Part shown: one piece after another, positions 39,022 through 47,789 of the stretch
Numbering within the stretch: the first letter of the stretch is position 1
How the letters are laid out: every line of letters starts with the position of its first letter
IMG/VR virus record: IMGVR_UViG_3300030329_003801
Span: 1 to 61,846 of that record
Source: a virus
Lineage: Duplodnaviria; Caudoviricetes
Direction: 5' to 3' (one strand)
Length of the DNA: 61,846 nt
Made by a program: the position numbers and the translations under genes
Notes under the pieces: model-generated
Seen by the model: the letters and a program-made list of their open reading frames with translations, nothing else
What the model was told of the DNA's origin: nothing
The model's database searches: none

Positions 39022-39911
39022 TAGAACCTCCATATCTTTCTTCTTGCATTAAGTTTTTCTTTATTTTTCCAAGTCCAATCATCTGGATTTGGTGGATGCA
39101 TCTCAGCAACTTCTTGCCAAGTTTGACACCTAGAAAGTGTTGTTTTCAGCGAAGAAATAACTGAATACAATCTTTCTTTCCAATCTTCGTCTGGATTTTC
39201 TTCCATATATTCTCGAATTGAAAACTTATTTGTATCAGCAGAATAGGTTACTTTTTTTGTTTTCCTATCTGTTGATTTTCTTGATAAAATTTGATGAAAT
39301 TCAACATCACCTTTTTCCTTATTGTAATCTTGTCCATAATAATAAAACATTCCTTGCAACCAATAACCAAAATTCATTTCAGACGATTGTTTTTTCGGAA
39401 CTTTAATATCTACTGTTAAAGGAAATCTATCTTTCTCAAATTCATAATCGGTATAACCAATCATGTCTGGTAGATCTTCATCACCAAATAATTCAGATAG
39501 ACTAATAATAACTTTCTTTTGTGTACCTTTATAGTTTCCAGATTTTTGAACAACATCAATTACCTTATCTACCATTGGTCGAAGTGTTTTTCTTTTTTCT
39601 TTTTCCTCATCTGATTGAGGAAGAATATCACCATTCTCATCTTTTTTTTCTACTGCCCCATCAAATAATGCTTCTGCATAATTATAAACTGTGTCTGGAT
39701 TATTAGGTCTTTGTTCAGCAAAAAGAGTACCAGAACTCTCAATAACATTACCCCCAATCATAGCTATATTGGGAGAAAAGCTACATTTAAAACCATAAGT
39801 CATTAACCAATCAGAATTATAACAAAGGTAAGAATTCAAGTGGGCAGGTGATAAATGGTGAATACCAAATCTTTTCCATACTAATGGATCTCTAAATTTT
39901 GTGTCTATCAT
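39021..39911 (-). CDS. PD-(D/E)XK family exonuclease
   Basis: HLSPAHLN, IGYTDY..TVDIK..Q..FY motif order; adjacent to ERF. Confidence 0.7.
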   Translation of the reverse strand: MIDTKFRDPLVWKRFGIHHLSPAHLNSYLCYNSDWLMTYGFKCSFSPNIAMIGGNVIESSGTLFAEQRPNNPDTVYNYAEALFDGAVEKKDENGDILPQSDEEKEKRKTLRPMVDKVIDVVQKSGNYKGTQKKVIISLSELFGDEDLPDMIGYTDYEFEKDRFPLTVDIKVPKKQSSEMNFGYWLQGMFYYYGQDYNKEKGDVEFHQILSRKSTDRKTKKVTYSADTNKFSIREYMEENPDEDWKERLYSVISSLKTTLSRCQTWQEVAEMHPPNPDDWTWKNKEKLNARRKIWRF

Positions 39912-40093
39912 GGTAATTTCTCCTCCGATATAAGAGTTGCATTTTCATAATCTTTTTCCTCAACATAAAGATCATTATAAGTGATTTCATAACCACCTTC
40001 TTTAACTAAAATTTTTTCTGCTTCTTTCTTTGTATGTGCTTCAATCTCATAAACTAATTCTGCACTTACACTAAATGTATATCTATTTTTCAC
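39908..40093 (-). CDS. DpnD/PcfM-like small protein
   Basis: Y.F.V.....YEIEA.T..EA pattern; GGAGG RBS, GTG start. Confidence 0.6.
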   Translation of the reverse strand: MKNRYTFSVSAELVYEIEAHTKKEAEKILVKEGGYEITYNDLYVEEKDYENATLISEEKLP

Positions 40094-40251
40094 GAATACC
40101 TCCTTCTACAATTAGGACACAAACGATGAAATTTGTGTTCACTTAAAAATTCATTATTGCAAATTTCAAAATTCATACACTTCTTCATTTCTTTTTTATG
40201 CTTGTTATCAGCTTTTGGTTTTGAATTGTTATAATAATCTGGTTTTTCCAT
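40090..40251 (-). CDS. Small zinc-finger protein (53 aa)
   Basis: KKCMNFEICNNEFLSEHKFHRLCPNCRRR; stop overlaps next GTG. Confidence 0.65.
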   Translation of the reverse strand: MEKPDYYNNSKPKADNKHKKEMKKCMNFEICNNEFLSEHKFHRLCPNCRRRYS

Positions 40252-40578
40252 TTTTAATTCTTTCTTCATGGGTAGTTTTATCTGCCTACGATTTCTCGCA
40301 CTTCAATGGCACTACCCAAGCCAGTTAAATTTCTGTAATTTGAAGGTAGAGCATCAAGCAGGATGTAAAGAAAACTAAAGACCTTCCTGTCAAAATCTTT
40401 TTCACATTTTCTCACTACTCTACCTCCAGTATCAAGGGATGAGAACAAAAAACGAATAAGGGAATATACAAACAATTAGGATATATCCGTCTTGTTGCCA
40501 TTGTATATAATTTTTTCATTTTTATTCTCATATACCCATATAATGACTTTTTTGACATTATCAACACTTTTTTTTAAT

Positions 40579-40607
40579 TTGACAAAACTTTTTTTACACA
40601 TTAAAGA
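40579..40607 (+). promoter_or_regulatory. Sigma70-type promoter for replication operon
   Basis: TTGACA-N17-TAAAGA. Confidence 0.6.
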
Positions 40608-40610
40608 ATA

Positions 40611-40798
40611 TATATTAACTTGGTTGACTATTATGAAAAGTCTTGTCTGGTAATCGTGAGAGTCCTAGTGCTGAATCGAAAGACCACTTTGATTTGAGAG
40701 TTCGAGGACATAAAGACACTACAGGATATGGGTCAATAATTAAGTTCCTGTCTCGATGAATTGACATCGTGAGTATAAAACACACCCAAGTTAATATA
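40611..40798 (+). ncRNA. Structured 5' leader / candidate ncRNA
   Basis: 13-bp terminal inverted repeat TATATTAACTTGG/CCAAGTTAATATA enclosing several internal stems. Confidence 0.55.
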
Positions 40799-40810
40799 AA
40801 GGGAGTATAA

Positions 40811-41701
40811 ATGGGAGATGGAAAAAAGAAAATAATTTTTGTGAAGTGGTTTCCAGACGATTACATTACAGGGTGTGAACTCTTAACTTGGCAAACTGAA
40901 CTCGTTTACTCAAGAATAATACAAAGAATTTATAATACTAGAAACAACCTATATGACGAAGAAAATACTTGGAATATACTTATCCAAAAGATAGAAAAAT
41001 ATGCAGATATAGAGAAAATAAAGGAAGAATTACTAAAAAAAGACAAGATTTATTTAGAAGATGATAAGATAAAAAATCAGGGGTGTGATAAATACCTTAA
41101 AGAAGCTCTAGATTATTTAGAAGATCAAAGAAAAAAAGGTAAAAAAGGGGCAGATAAAAGATGGGGTGATGGCACAGCCAATGGCACAGCTAATGGCACA
41201 GCTATAGCCAACCATAAACCACAAGCCACAAACCATAAACCATTAAATTATAAAACTATAATGGAGACATGGAACAGGATAGTCCCCACCTCTCATATTC
41301 AACAAATGAATGATACAAGAAAGAAATTGTTTCAATCTAGGTTTAAACCTTTCTTTAAAGAAAGTTATGAGGAATGGGAGAAATTTTTAAATAGAATATC
41401 CAAGATTAGTTTCTTATGGGGAAGTAATGATAGACAATGGAAAGCAGACTTTAACTGGGTTTTAAATGAAAACAATCTTCTCAAAATATTAGAGGGAAAG
41501 TATGAAACTGAAACAAAAAATACTTCTACATTTTCATCTGATAGACATTATGATTCAAGGTTAAAAATGTTTAGCGAGGGTAAAGTAACTAATTTTATGA
41601 AGGTTTTTGCTAATCAACATGAGGGTGAAGTAAGAGAAATGGTACAAAAAGGTGATTTAACTAAAGAAAGAGCAACAGAATTGGGGATAAAAATTGGCTA
41701 A
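40811..41701 (+). CDS. Phage replication initiator (DUF1376/YdaU-like N-terminus, O-like C-terminus)
   Basis: FVKWFPDDYITG..L....VY.RII; GKKGADKRW; internal iterons; WKADFNWVL...N..KILEGKY; GGGAG RBS. Confidence 0.8.
   Translation: MGDGKKKIIFVKWFPDDYITGCELLTWQTELVYSRIIQRIYNTRNNLYDEENTWNILIQKIEKYADIEKIKEELLKKDKIYLEDDKIKNQGCDKYLKEALDYLEDQRKKGKKGADKRWGDGTANGTANGTAIANHKPQATNHKPLNYKTIMETWNRIVPTSHIQQMNDTRKKLFQSRFKPFFKESYEEWEKFLNRISKISFLWGSNDRQWKADFNWVLNENNLLKILEGKYETETKNTSTFSSDRHYDSRLKMFSEGKVTNFMKVFANQHEGEVREMVQKGDLTKERATELGIKIG
41169..41245 (+). repeat. Iterons, probable replication origin
   Basis: 3 x 12-mer ATGGCACAGCYA (41169-41204) then 5 x 7-mer RCCAYWA (41211-41245). Confidence 0.75.
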
Positions 41702-42218
41702 AAGAGGAAGACCTAAAAAAGAACCTGTTGTAAGGGATAAAGGGACACCAGAACTGATTATGCACAAAACAATGCTAGTTGGTGATGGAGATTCCACACT
41801 AACGACTACTGCTATTGATATTCATTTAGCGAGAAAACTTATATCAGTAGATCAACACACAGCAGGAAGAAGATTTTCTCACCTACACTATGTAGAATTT
41901 GGCAAAGTTTATAGTCAAAGTAGCATGGGGAAGATATTATCTGGTCAATCACAAAGTAGGGAAATATTGGGAAATCCAAGCAGATTTGAGGAGTTTATTC
42001 ATAAGTATTATGATGGGGCAAGATTGTACTTATACACACATGGTGGCATAAATGTGTTAAGAACAGCACTAAGTATCATTTGCTATGATAAAAGACCTAA
42101 TTATCTTAAAAATATCTATGAGCCAATGGACGATATTATACTTGCTGAAGTGAGAAAAAGTTTAACTTTATTAAAAAAATTTTTTAATGAGCCAGTTAAG
42201 AAAATCATTGGAAAATAG
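41694..42218 (+). CDS. Hypothetical regulator (late activator/antiterminator position)
   Basis: AT-hook KRGRPK, D.GTPEL, LIS.DQ..AG.RF; directly after replication gene. Confidence 0.6.
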   Translation: MAKRGRPKKEPVVRDKGTPELIMHKTMLVGDGDSTLTTTAIDIHLARKLISVDQHTAGRRFSHLHYVEFGKVYSQSSMGKILSGQSQSREILGNPSRFEEFIHKYYDGARLYLYTHGGINVLRTALSIICYDKRPNYLKNIYEPMDDIILAEVRKSLTLLKKFFNEPVKKIIGK

Positions 42219-42227
42219 CGATTTTCC

Positions 42228-42256
42228 TTGACAAATTGAAATTTTTTCTTTAAAAT
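42228..42256 (+). promoter_or_regulatory. Near-consensus sigma70 promoter with no downstream ORF
   Basis: TTGACA-N17-TAAAAT. Confidence 0.7.
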
Positions 42257-42349
42257 TACACTTATAATTGTAAAATGGGTTAAGTATGTCAAGAGTTATT
42301 TAAAATAATCTTGAATAAATATTTTTACATAAAAAAAACACAGTAAAAC

Positions 42350-42373
42350 AGCCGATAATATCGGCTTTTTTTT
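42350..42373 (+). terminator. Intrinsic terminator
   Basis: AGCCGAT-AAT-ATCGGCT followed by T-run. Confidence 0.75.
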
Positions 42374-42893
42374 ATTCTAATTGCATAAAATTTACTTGCA
42401 ACTTTTTAACAATTTTCTTAACTTTTTCTTCGTACAAAGGGTCTTCTGCATAATTGTAAAGTTTATCAACTAACTTATCAACATTTATTTCATTCATAAC
42501 ATACTGTGTAAAAAGAGTATCTTTAAATTCCTCGTAGTTAATATCTGTTGTTAGTAGTTCCATATAGTGTTCAACTGATTCACATTTTGTCTTATACGAC
42601 CTCAATTTCTTTTTATTACCATCTAAAGAAGTAATATAATCTTCTCCCTCCAAAGCAATAATACCAAATAGGTTATTTGCCTCCTTATAAAATCTGGAAG
42701 TTCCATATCCTGTTTCCTGTATAGCTTGAGCTATCACCAGAACAAGTGGTATTCGCAAGGGTGGATCAATAATAGCATTATATTCAATCGCACATTGTTT
42801 TACTTCTTCAATAAATGAATGTTGGTACATAAAATCATAATCAATTTGTGGCTGATTACACAAAAGAAATAATGTTGCACATAAATGTTTCAT
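42372..42893 (-). CDS. Glucosaminidase GH73 (Bax/FlgJ-like)
   Basis: LVIAQAIQETGYGTSRF..EANNLFGI..Y...C.SV..Y..YAEDP.Y..KV. Confidence 0.85.
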   Translation of the reverse strand: MKHLCATLFLLCNQPQIDYDFMYQHSFIEEVKQCAIEYNAIIDPPLRIPLVLVIAQAIQETGYGTSRFYKEANNLFGIIALEGEDYITSLDGNKKKLRSYKTKCESVEHYMELLTTDINYEEFKDTLFTQYVMNEINVDKLVDKLYNYAEDPLYEEKVKKIVKKLQVNFMQLE

Positions 42894-43042
42894 TTAGTTT
42901 CTTTCTTGTTATCATTAATTTCTTTCTCGGCTGATTTTACACAATCATCTTGATAAGTTTGCCATAAATTTTCTGTTTCTATACAGATCATAATATATCT
43001 ACGAGCAAGTTCATCAATTTTTTTACCAATATCATCATTCAT
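42890..43042 (-). CDS. Small hypothetical protein (50 aa)
   Basis: MNDDIGKKIDELARRYIMICIETENLWQTYQDDCVKSAEKE...*; overlaps both neighbours. Confidence 0.6.
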   Translation of the reverse strand: MNDDIGKKIDELARRYIMICIETENLWQTYQDDCVKSAEKEINDNKKETK

Positions 43043-43532
43043 TAAATATTTTTTTTAGTTTTAAGTAATCTTTTCTGGGAATAATAAATCGCAAATCACT
43101 ATTAACTTCAGTAATATCAAAACCCTCCCTATCTTCTAAAAAAACTTCTAATTCACACCAAAATTCATTTTTCTCTTTGTATTGTTTTCTGACTTCTAAA
43201 TTACCACACCAATTCTCGTACATAGTATCTTGTGCTTCTTCCAAAAAACTTTCACCAGAGAGTGCTACATAGTAATCACCTTTTTGATAGAAATAATCAT
43301 CTTTATCAAAAGTTTTTAATATTGTTATGTCCTCAAACTTGTTGATATTGTATGTTGCCCATTTAGAATAGTTTACTTCAAATGCATAAAAAGGTTTATA
43401 CTTTTCTGATTTAACTAAAAGTAATCTTCTTTCAGTAGCAGACCACTTGTAAGGAGTTAAATAAACACCCTTTACATTCATTTTTGTTTTACCATCAAGA
43501 GTAAGTCCTGTGTATATATCTGTTTCAATCAT
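43035..43532 (-). CDS. Hypothetical protein
   Basis: Start placed at ATGA overlap (MIETD) with GAGG RBS. Confidence 0.7.
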   Translation of the reverse strand: MIETDIYTGLTLDGKTKMNVKGVYLTPYKWSATERRLLLVKSEKYKPFYAFEVNYSKWATYNINKFEDITILKTFDKDDYFYQKGDYYVALSGESFLEEAQDTMYENWCGNLEVRKQYKEKNEFWCELEVFLEDREGFDITEVNSDLRFIIPRKDYLKLKKIFNE

Positions 43533-43780
43533 TGTATTTGCCTCAACCATGCATTAGGGATCTTATCCAATTTCCTTTTTTGCAATAAACATAAGGCAAC
43601 AGGATTAGGAATAATAGTCATACCATTTTTATAGTTATAAACTTGTCGCCAAGTTAAACCAAGATATGTTGCTGTATCTAGAACATTACCTTTGAACATT
43701 TCACCAACCAATTCATCAAATTGTTCAGAAGTCATTTTCTTTTTTCTTTTAACAAAAGTTTCTAATTCAATTCTTTTCAC
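43529..43780 (-). CDS. HTH (Cro/XRE-like) DNA-binding protein
   Basis: MT.EQF..TATYLGLTWRQVYNYKNG...IP.PVAL; GGAGG RBS. Confidence 0.7.
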   Translation of the reverse strand: MKRIELETFVKRKKKMTSEQFDELVGEMFKGNVLDTATYLGLTWRQVYNYKNGMTIIPNPVALCLLQKRKLDKIPNAWLRQIQ

Positions 43781-43950
43781 CTAACCTCCTCTATTTCACA
43801 AAATTGATAATCTATAAATTTTTCTCGGTGTACTTGGTCATCACTATAACCTTGTTCATCAAAAATCTTTATAGCTTCTTTTTCTGTTTTAGCTTTAACA
43901 TCAATTTCTTTACCATAATGTTCAGCAATTAAAATTCTATAAGTTTTCAT
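43777..43950 (-). CDS. DpnD/PcfM-like small protein (57 aa)
   Basis: MKTYRILIAEHYGKEIDVKAKTEKEAIKIF...*; overlaps both neighbours. Confidence 0.65.
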   Translation of the reverse strand: MKTYRILIAEHYGKEIDVKAKTEKEAIKIFDEQGYSDDQVHREKFIDYQFCEIEEVR

Positions 43951-44183
43951 TATGCCCTACCACTTTCTTTATCCACATAAATATCAGCTTCAAGATCTAT
44001 CTTTTCTAAAAGTATGTGACTAGGTATATCATTTCTATTAATAAAAATATGATCCTTTTCTTTATTTAATGCATTAGTTTCATAAAGATATTCAATCATT
44101 TTTGTTAATGTAAATGTTGTTAATTTTTTTTTGTCTTTGTTATAAAAATATAAAAGCAAATCTTTTTTATTAGTTCCTACCAT
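43950..44183 (-). CDS. Hypothetical protein
   Basis: GGAGG RBS, operon context. Confidence 0.65.
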   Translation of the reverse strand: MVGTNKKDLLLYFYNKDKKKLTTFTLTKMIEYLYETNALNKEKDHIFINRNDIPSHILLEKIDLEADIYVDKESGRA

Positions 44184-44418
44184 TTTTTTCCTCCTTTTTT
44201 TTTTGAAAGTTCTTTAATGCACCATCAGATAAATGACTAATTATTTTTCCAAAGTGCATAACAGCAGAACGAAGTGAAGATGAATTTAAAAAATCAAGCA
44301 TAGAAAGTTCAACTATTTTTTCTATGTCCTCCCTTGATAGTTCCTCACCCTCACTTAATTTCTGCCCAATCACCAATGATTGTGTGTGAAATTTATCAAA
44401 TTCCTTATCAAATTCCAT
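44170..44418 (-). CDS. Hypothetical protein
   Basis: Operon context, GAGGAG upstream. Confidence 0.65.
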   Translation of the reverse strand: MEFDKEFDKFHTQSLVIGQKLSEGEELSREDIEKIVELSMLDFLNSSSLRSAVMHFGKIISHLSDGALKNFQKKKEEKNGRN

Positions 44419-44419
44419 A

Positions 44420-44869
44420 TTAATTTATTGATAACTCCTCTATTTTTTCAATTTGATTTGCTGATAAAGGAAGCAAAGTGCTATCTTTATCTATTGAACG
44501 ACCAATAAACATTTTAAACTCTATTTCATGAATAGTGTTTTTACAATCTTGGTCTTTACTGATACCAGCTCTCGCTGTTTCAATTTTCTCAATTTTAAAA
44601 AAACGAAAACTATTCTTGTCTGGATCGCAAAGAGTATTCATAAGTCTAAATATTCTTTTTTGTGCATGTTCATAAAGTTTAACAACATCACCAACCTTAA
44701 TTGTTTTATCAATAAGATTGCTTTGTTCATGTTTTTTTATATCTTCTGGTAAACATTCTAAAACTTCTCTAACCATTTCTTTATTTGGTTGAAAGAAAGT
44801 AGTTGTTGTGCCATCTTTTTCTTTTTTTTCTTTAAGAACTTTAACTGATGGTTTATTTTTATTTTTCAT
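44420..44869 (-). CDS. Hypothetical protein
   Basis: AAGGAG RBS, promoter-like site upstream. Confidence 0.7.
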   Translation of the reverse strand: MKNKNKPSVKVLKEKKEKDGTTTTFFQPNKEMVREVLECLPEDIKKHEQSNLIDKTIKVGDVVKLYEHAQKRIFRLMNTLCDPDKNSFRFFKIEKIETARAGISKDQDCKNTIHEIEFKMFIGRSIDKDSTLLPLSANQIEKIEELSIN

Positions 44870-44940
44870 TTTTTACTCCTTGTTAATTATAAAAGAGTAA
44901 ATCATAGTATTGAAATGATTGCAAGAACATTTTTAACTAA

Positions 44941-45165
44941 TTATTTTTCCCTTTCTTTTGCTTCTTCATCTGTAATAATTTCATAATCCCACATAAACAT
45001 CTCGCATATTTCATCAAGTGGCATAGTTTTTAAAGTTTCTTTATCTTCTTCATTATCCATGTCAGTTTCATGTATATCAATTAATGCAGTTCTTAAATCT
45101 TCTTTATCTTCATAAACTTGATAATTCCAACTTCCTTGTAAATCTATTCTTAATACTTTACTCAT
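44941..45165 (-). CDS. Hypothetical acidic protein
   Basis: GAGG upstream; operon context. Confidence 0.65.
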   Translation of the reverse strand: MSKVLRIDLQGSWNYQVYEDKEDLRTALIDIHETDMDNEEDKETLKTMPLDEICEMFMWDYEIITDEEAKEREK

Positions 45166-45191
45166 TATTTCATTTTTTCCTCTCGAATATT

Positions 45192-45217
45192 ATGGGGACG
45201 ACTTATTTCGTCCCCAT
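45192..45217. other. Intergenic GC-rich hairpin without U-tract
   Basis: ATGGGGACGA-loop-TCGTCCCCAT; possible stability/processing element. Confidence 0.55.
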
Positions 45218-45226
45218 TAGGAGTAA

Positions 45227-45727
45227 TTAATTTATAACACTTTCTTTTAATACTGATTGCAAACTTTTAGAAATAGGAACGACTTTTTTATCTAATTCCT
45301 TTTTCTCTTGTATTCTTTCGTTCTCAACATCTTTATAGACATTGTTGGTAATATCTCGAAGAACACCAGATACACAATTATTAACAAATTTCTTTCTGGT
45401 TAATCTTTCTGCATTAGTCCAAAGTCCTACATGGTTTTGTAAATCTTTAATTGTAATACGATAAGGTTTCACAACTCCTTTATCATCTCTCATCATTAAA
45501 GAAGTATTATATAGTTTTTCGACTAATCTCATTCTGATTAACCATTCATCAATATTGCTTTCTGTTATTTCACTTAATCCAACAATCATTGTTTCATAGA
45601 CTAAGTGCTTGGTAATTGGTTGTATATCGAAAACTTTACTACCTTTCTTGTTTTCAACAGGGACATAGTAATCATCTGGGTTTCTTTTAAATCCCATAAT
45701 ATTTCTGATACTCCATCTTAAAGCCAT
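45227..45727 (-). CDS. Hypothetical protein
   Basis: GGAGG RBS; MAL.W..I..T..L..TM.VGL.EITE.N..E...R..HVGL.TN. Confidence 0.7.
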   Translation of the reverse strand: MALRWSIRNIMGFKRNPDDYYVPVENKKGSKVFDIQPITKHLVYETMIVGLSEITESNIDEWLIRMRLVEKLYNTSLMMRDDKGVVKPYRITIKDLQNHVGLWTNAERLTRKKFVNNCVSGVLRDITNNVYKDVENERIQEKKELDKKVVPISKSLQSVLKESVIN

Positions 45728-45729
45728 TT

Positions 45730-46041
45730 TTACTCACCTCCTTCAAATTTAATAGTTTGAACTGCTGTATCTCTATCAGCAAGATATCGATAACTTTCAT
45801 CATGTTCAGATACCATTTCTACATCAAAATTATTTTCTAATGCTTCTAAAATAAAACTATCATCATTTCTACCATATCTAAAAACATCAATTACATTGTT
45901 GTCTTTATCGGTTGCAAAATGAAGATAATTTTTACCATCAAAAAATAATTTATAATTATTTCTAAAAATAACATCAAATTCTTTAAGTTTTTTAATGTCA
46001 TTTAATGGTATTTTTGCAGTTGGTCTATAATATGTGGACAT
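45730..46041 (-). CDS. Hypothetical protein
   Basis: Start MSTYYRP at TAATG overlap with GGAGG RBS. Confidence 0.7.
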   Translation of the reverse strand: MSTYYRPTAKIPLNDIKKLKEFDVIFRNNYKLFFDGKNYLHFATDKDNNVIDVFRYGRNDDSFILEALENNFDVEMVSEHDESYRYLADRDTAVQTIKFEGGE

Positions 46042-46301
46042 TACACACCTCCTTTCCAATTTGGTAAATTCATATATTCTTTCATATCCATATCTAAATA
46101 ACCATTATCACCCTCGTTGTCAGATAACTGCACTCTTGCTCTAATTTCAGTATCATTATGAGGTAAAGCAAAAGTAATAGGATAGAAAAAACTAGTATTA
46201 AGTTTATCCAAATTATCTGGTTTAAATGTTCTATTCCTATTTGCTTTAATAGATTTGTTATTTATTTTTATTAATTCTTCTTTGGTAAAATATTTTGGCA
46301 T
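46041..46301 (-). CDS. Hypothetical protein
   Basis: Start MPKYF with GGAG RBS. Confidence 0.65.
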   Translation of the reverse strand: MPKYFTKEELIKINNKSIKANRNRTFKPDNLDKLNTSFFYPITFALPHNDTEIRARVQLSDNEGDNGYLDMDMKEYMNLPNWKGGV

Positions 46302-46341
46302 TTTTAAATCTCCATTTCCTAATGCTGTTTTAATAACTAAT

Positions 46342-46839
46342 TCACACACTTCTTTTTACAATCTCATTAAAAAGTTTTGAATAATATTCATTTTCATCCA
46401 TATCAATAATAACAGAAACTATTCTATCATCTTCGTTCTTAATGGCATAGACGGGATAACAACCATCCCCATAGCCACTAGAAAAAGCAACACCAACTTC
46501 TGCACCATGTTCATTAATCATCTCGCCACCACCTTTTTCAGATTTTGTGAGCATACATGCTCCTTGATAAGAGTATTCTTTGCTATGAGCTTCTGGGTGT
46601 GGCAGTTCAATAAAAATACCATCTTTAATTAATTCATTCATAGTTTTATTATATTCGGAAATAATTTCATCATATTGACTAAAGTCTTTTCCATACTGCA
46701 ACTCTTTACCAGAAGCAGTATGTCTGTATCGTCTAACATCTCTATAATCATCATTTTTAAATGAAGAAACATAACATGGATCAGTAATCATTAATTGACC
46801 ACTATCCACTCCAACACTACCTATATAAACTTTTTCCAT
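46342..46839 (-). CDS. DUF4241-like protein
   Basis: IG.VGVDSGQLMITDPCY..GVAFSSGYGDG.YPVY..RIVSV.ID; start MEKV with AAGGAG RBS. Confidence 0.7.
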   Translation of the reverse strand: MEKVYIGSVGVDSGQLMITDPCYVSSFKNDDYRDVRRYRHTASGKELQYGKDFSQYDEIISEYNKTMNELIKDGIFIELPHPEAHSKEYSYQGACMLTKSEKGGGEMINEHGAEVGVAFSSGYGDGCYPVYAIKNEDDRIVSVIIDMDENEYYSKLFNEIVKRSV

Positions 46840-46905
46840 TTTTAACTCCTTTGTTGAAAGTTTATTCATATCTTTTTTTTGCATAGATTTGAAATAATTG
46901 CAACA

Positions 46906-47244
46906 TTATTCAATTTTTTCTAATACTTCTTTGTCTTTTCCCTCTAAAGCAATAAGTATTTCTCTTAATTTATCTTCTTTTTCCTTTGTAAAACAATGCA
47001 CTCTATCAAACATAGGAAAACCATTAACACTCTTTGGTAGTTCATGTTTTTCCCCATAATAACAAAAGAAAAAAGTATGTTCTTTTTTAACACACCCAAA
47101 AGCTATTGGTAAAAAAATCATTCTTAAATTATCTGCCCATCTTTGAGGATTTTCATCATAACATTCCCAAGAGGTAAAAACACAGTTAGCCCTATAATCT
47201 AGAGCTAACTTTTTGATTTCTTTTAGTTCTTTATCTGTTATCAA
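46906..47244 (-). CDS. Hypothetical protein
   Basis: VFTSW..MIFLPI.FG..P.SVNG.P.F motif; GAGG RBS. Confidence 0.7.
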   Translation of the reverse strand: MITDKELKEIKKLALDYRANCVFTSWECYDENPQRWADNLRMIFLPIAFGCVKKEHTFFFCYYGEKHELPKSVNGFPMFDRVHCFTKEKEDKLREILIALEGKDKEVLEKIE

Positions 47245-47543
47245 TTTAACCCTACCTCTTTCATAATTTGGGGAAATAGTTTAACAAATTGTTCATCTTG
47301 CTTTTTACCAGAATGAATTAATTTGGCATATTCACGAACACTTATTTGTATTTCATCAATCAAATAATTGATATGATCGTCAATATTTTCTGGTGGCATG
47401 ATAAATATATCTCTATCTGCTTTCTTACACCAAGCATCTAGGACTTGTTCTAATTTGGATAATAAAAACTGTTTTTGATCTTTTCCTTTAAAAGAAGAAG
47501 CAAACAATTTTAAATCCTCTTTGGTTACATCTGGTTTAATCAT
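47241..47543 (-). CDS. Hypothetical protein, probably leaderless
   Basis: No SD; ATG about 6 nt after TATATA -10 box. Confidence 0.65.
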   Translation of the reverse strand: MIKPDVTKEDLKLFASSFKGKDQKQFLLSKLEQVLDAWCKKADRDIFIMPPENIDDHINYLIDEIQISVREYAKLIHSGKKQDEQFVKLFPQIMKEVGLN

Positions 47544-47645
47544 ATATATATATATGGTACTTTTTGAAAAAATTTCAATAGTTTATTTTGACTTTTTTTA
47601 CTTTTTATACTAATGATTAATAAACCATTAAAAAAGGAGTATAAA

Positions 47646-47789
47646 ATGGCTAATAAAGAAAAACCAAGTAGACCAATGTTCACCAAATGGAGAAAAAACA
47701 AAGGTCAGTTTGCAAGAAAGGATTATCACAAGGAACTTCCTAAAAAAATAGCTGAATATCTTGGAAGAAAAGAGGTAAGTCATGGATAA
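47646..47789 (+). CDS. Small basic protein (47 aa)
   Basis: AAGGAG RBS; TTGACT-N17-TAATGA upstream; MANKEKPSRPMFTKWRK... Confidence 0.65.
   Translation: MANKEKPSRPMFTKWRKNKGQFARKDYHKELPKKIAEYLGRKEVSHG

Noticed and set aside
40278-40475. 65-aa minus-strand ORF in the control region
   Set aside because: No SD, atypical composition; better explained as structured leader RNA
40611-40798. Retron msr-msd or tRNA
   Set aside because: No reverse transcriptase in the window and no cloverleaf with a canonical T arm
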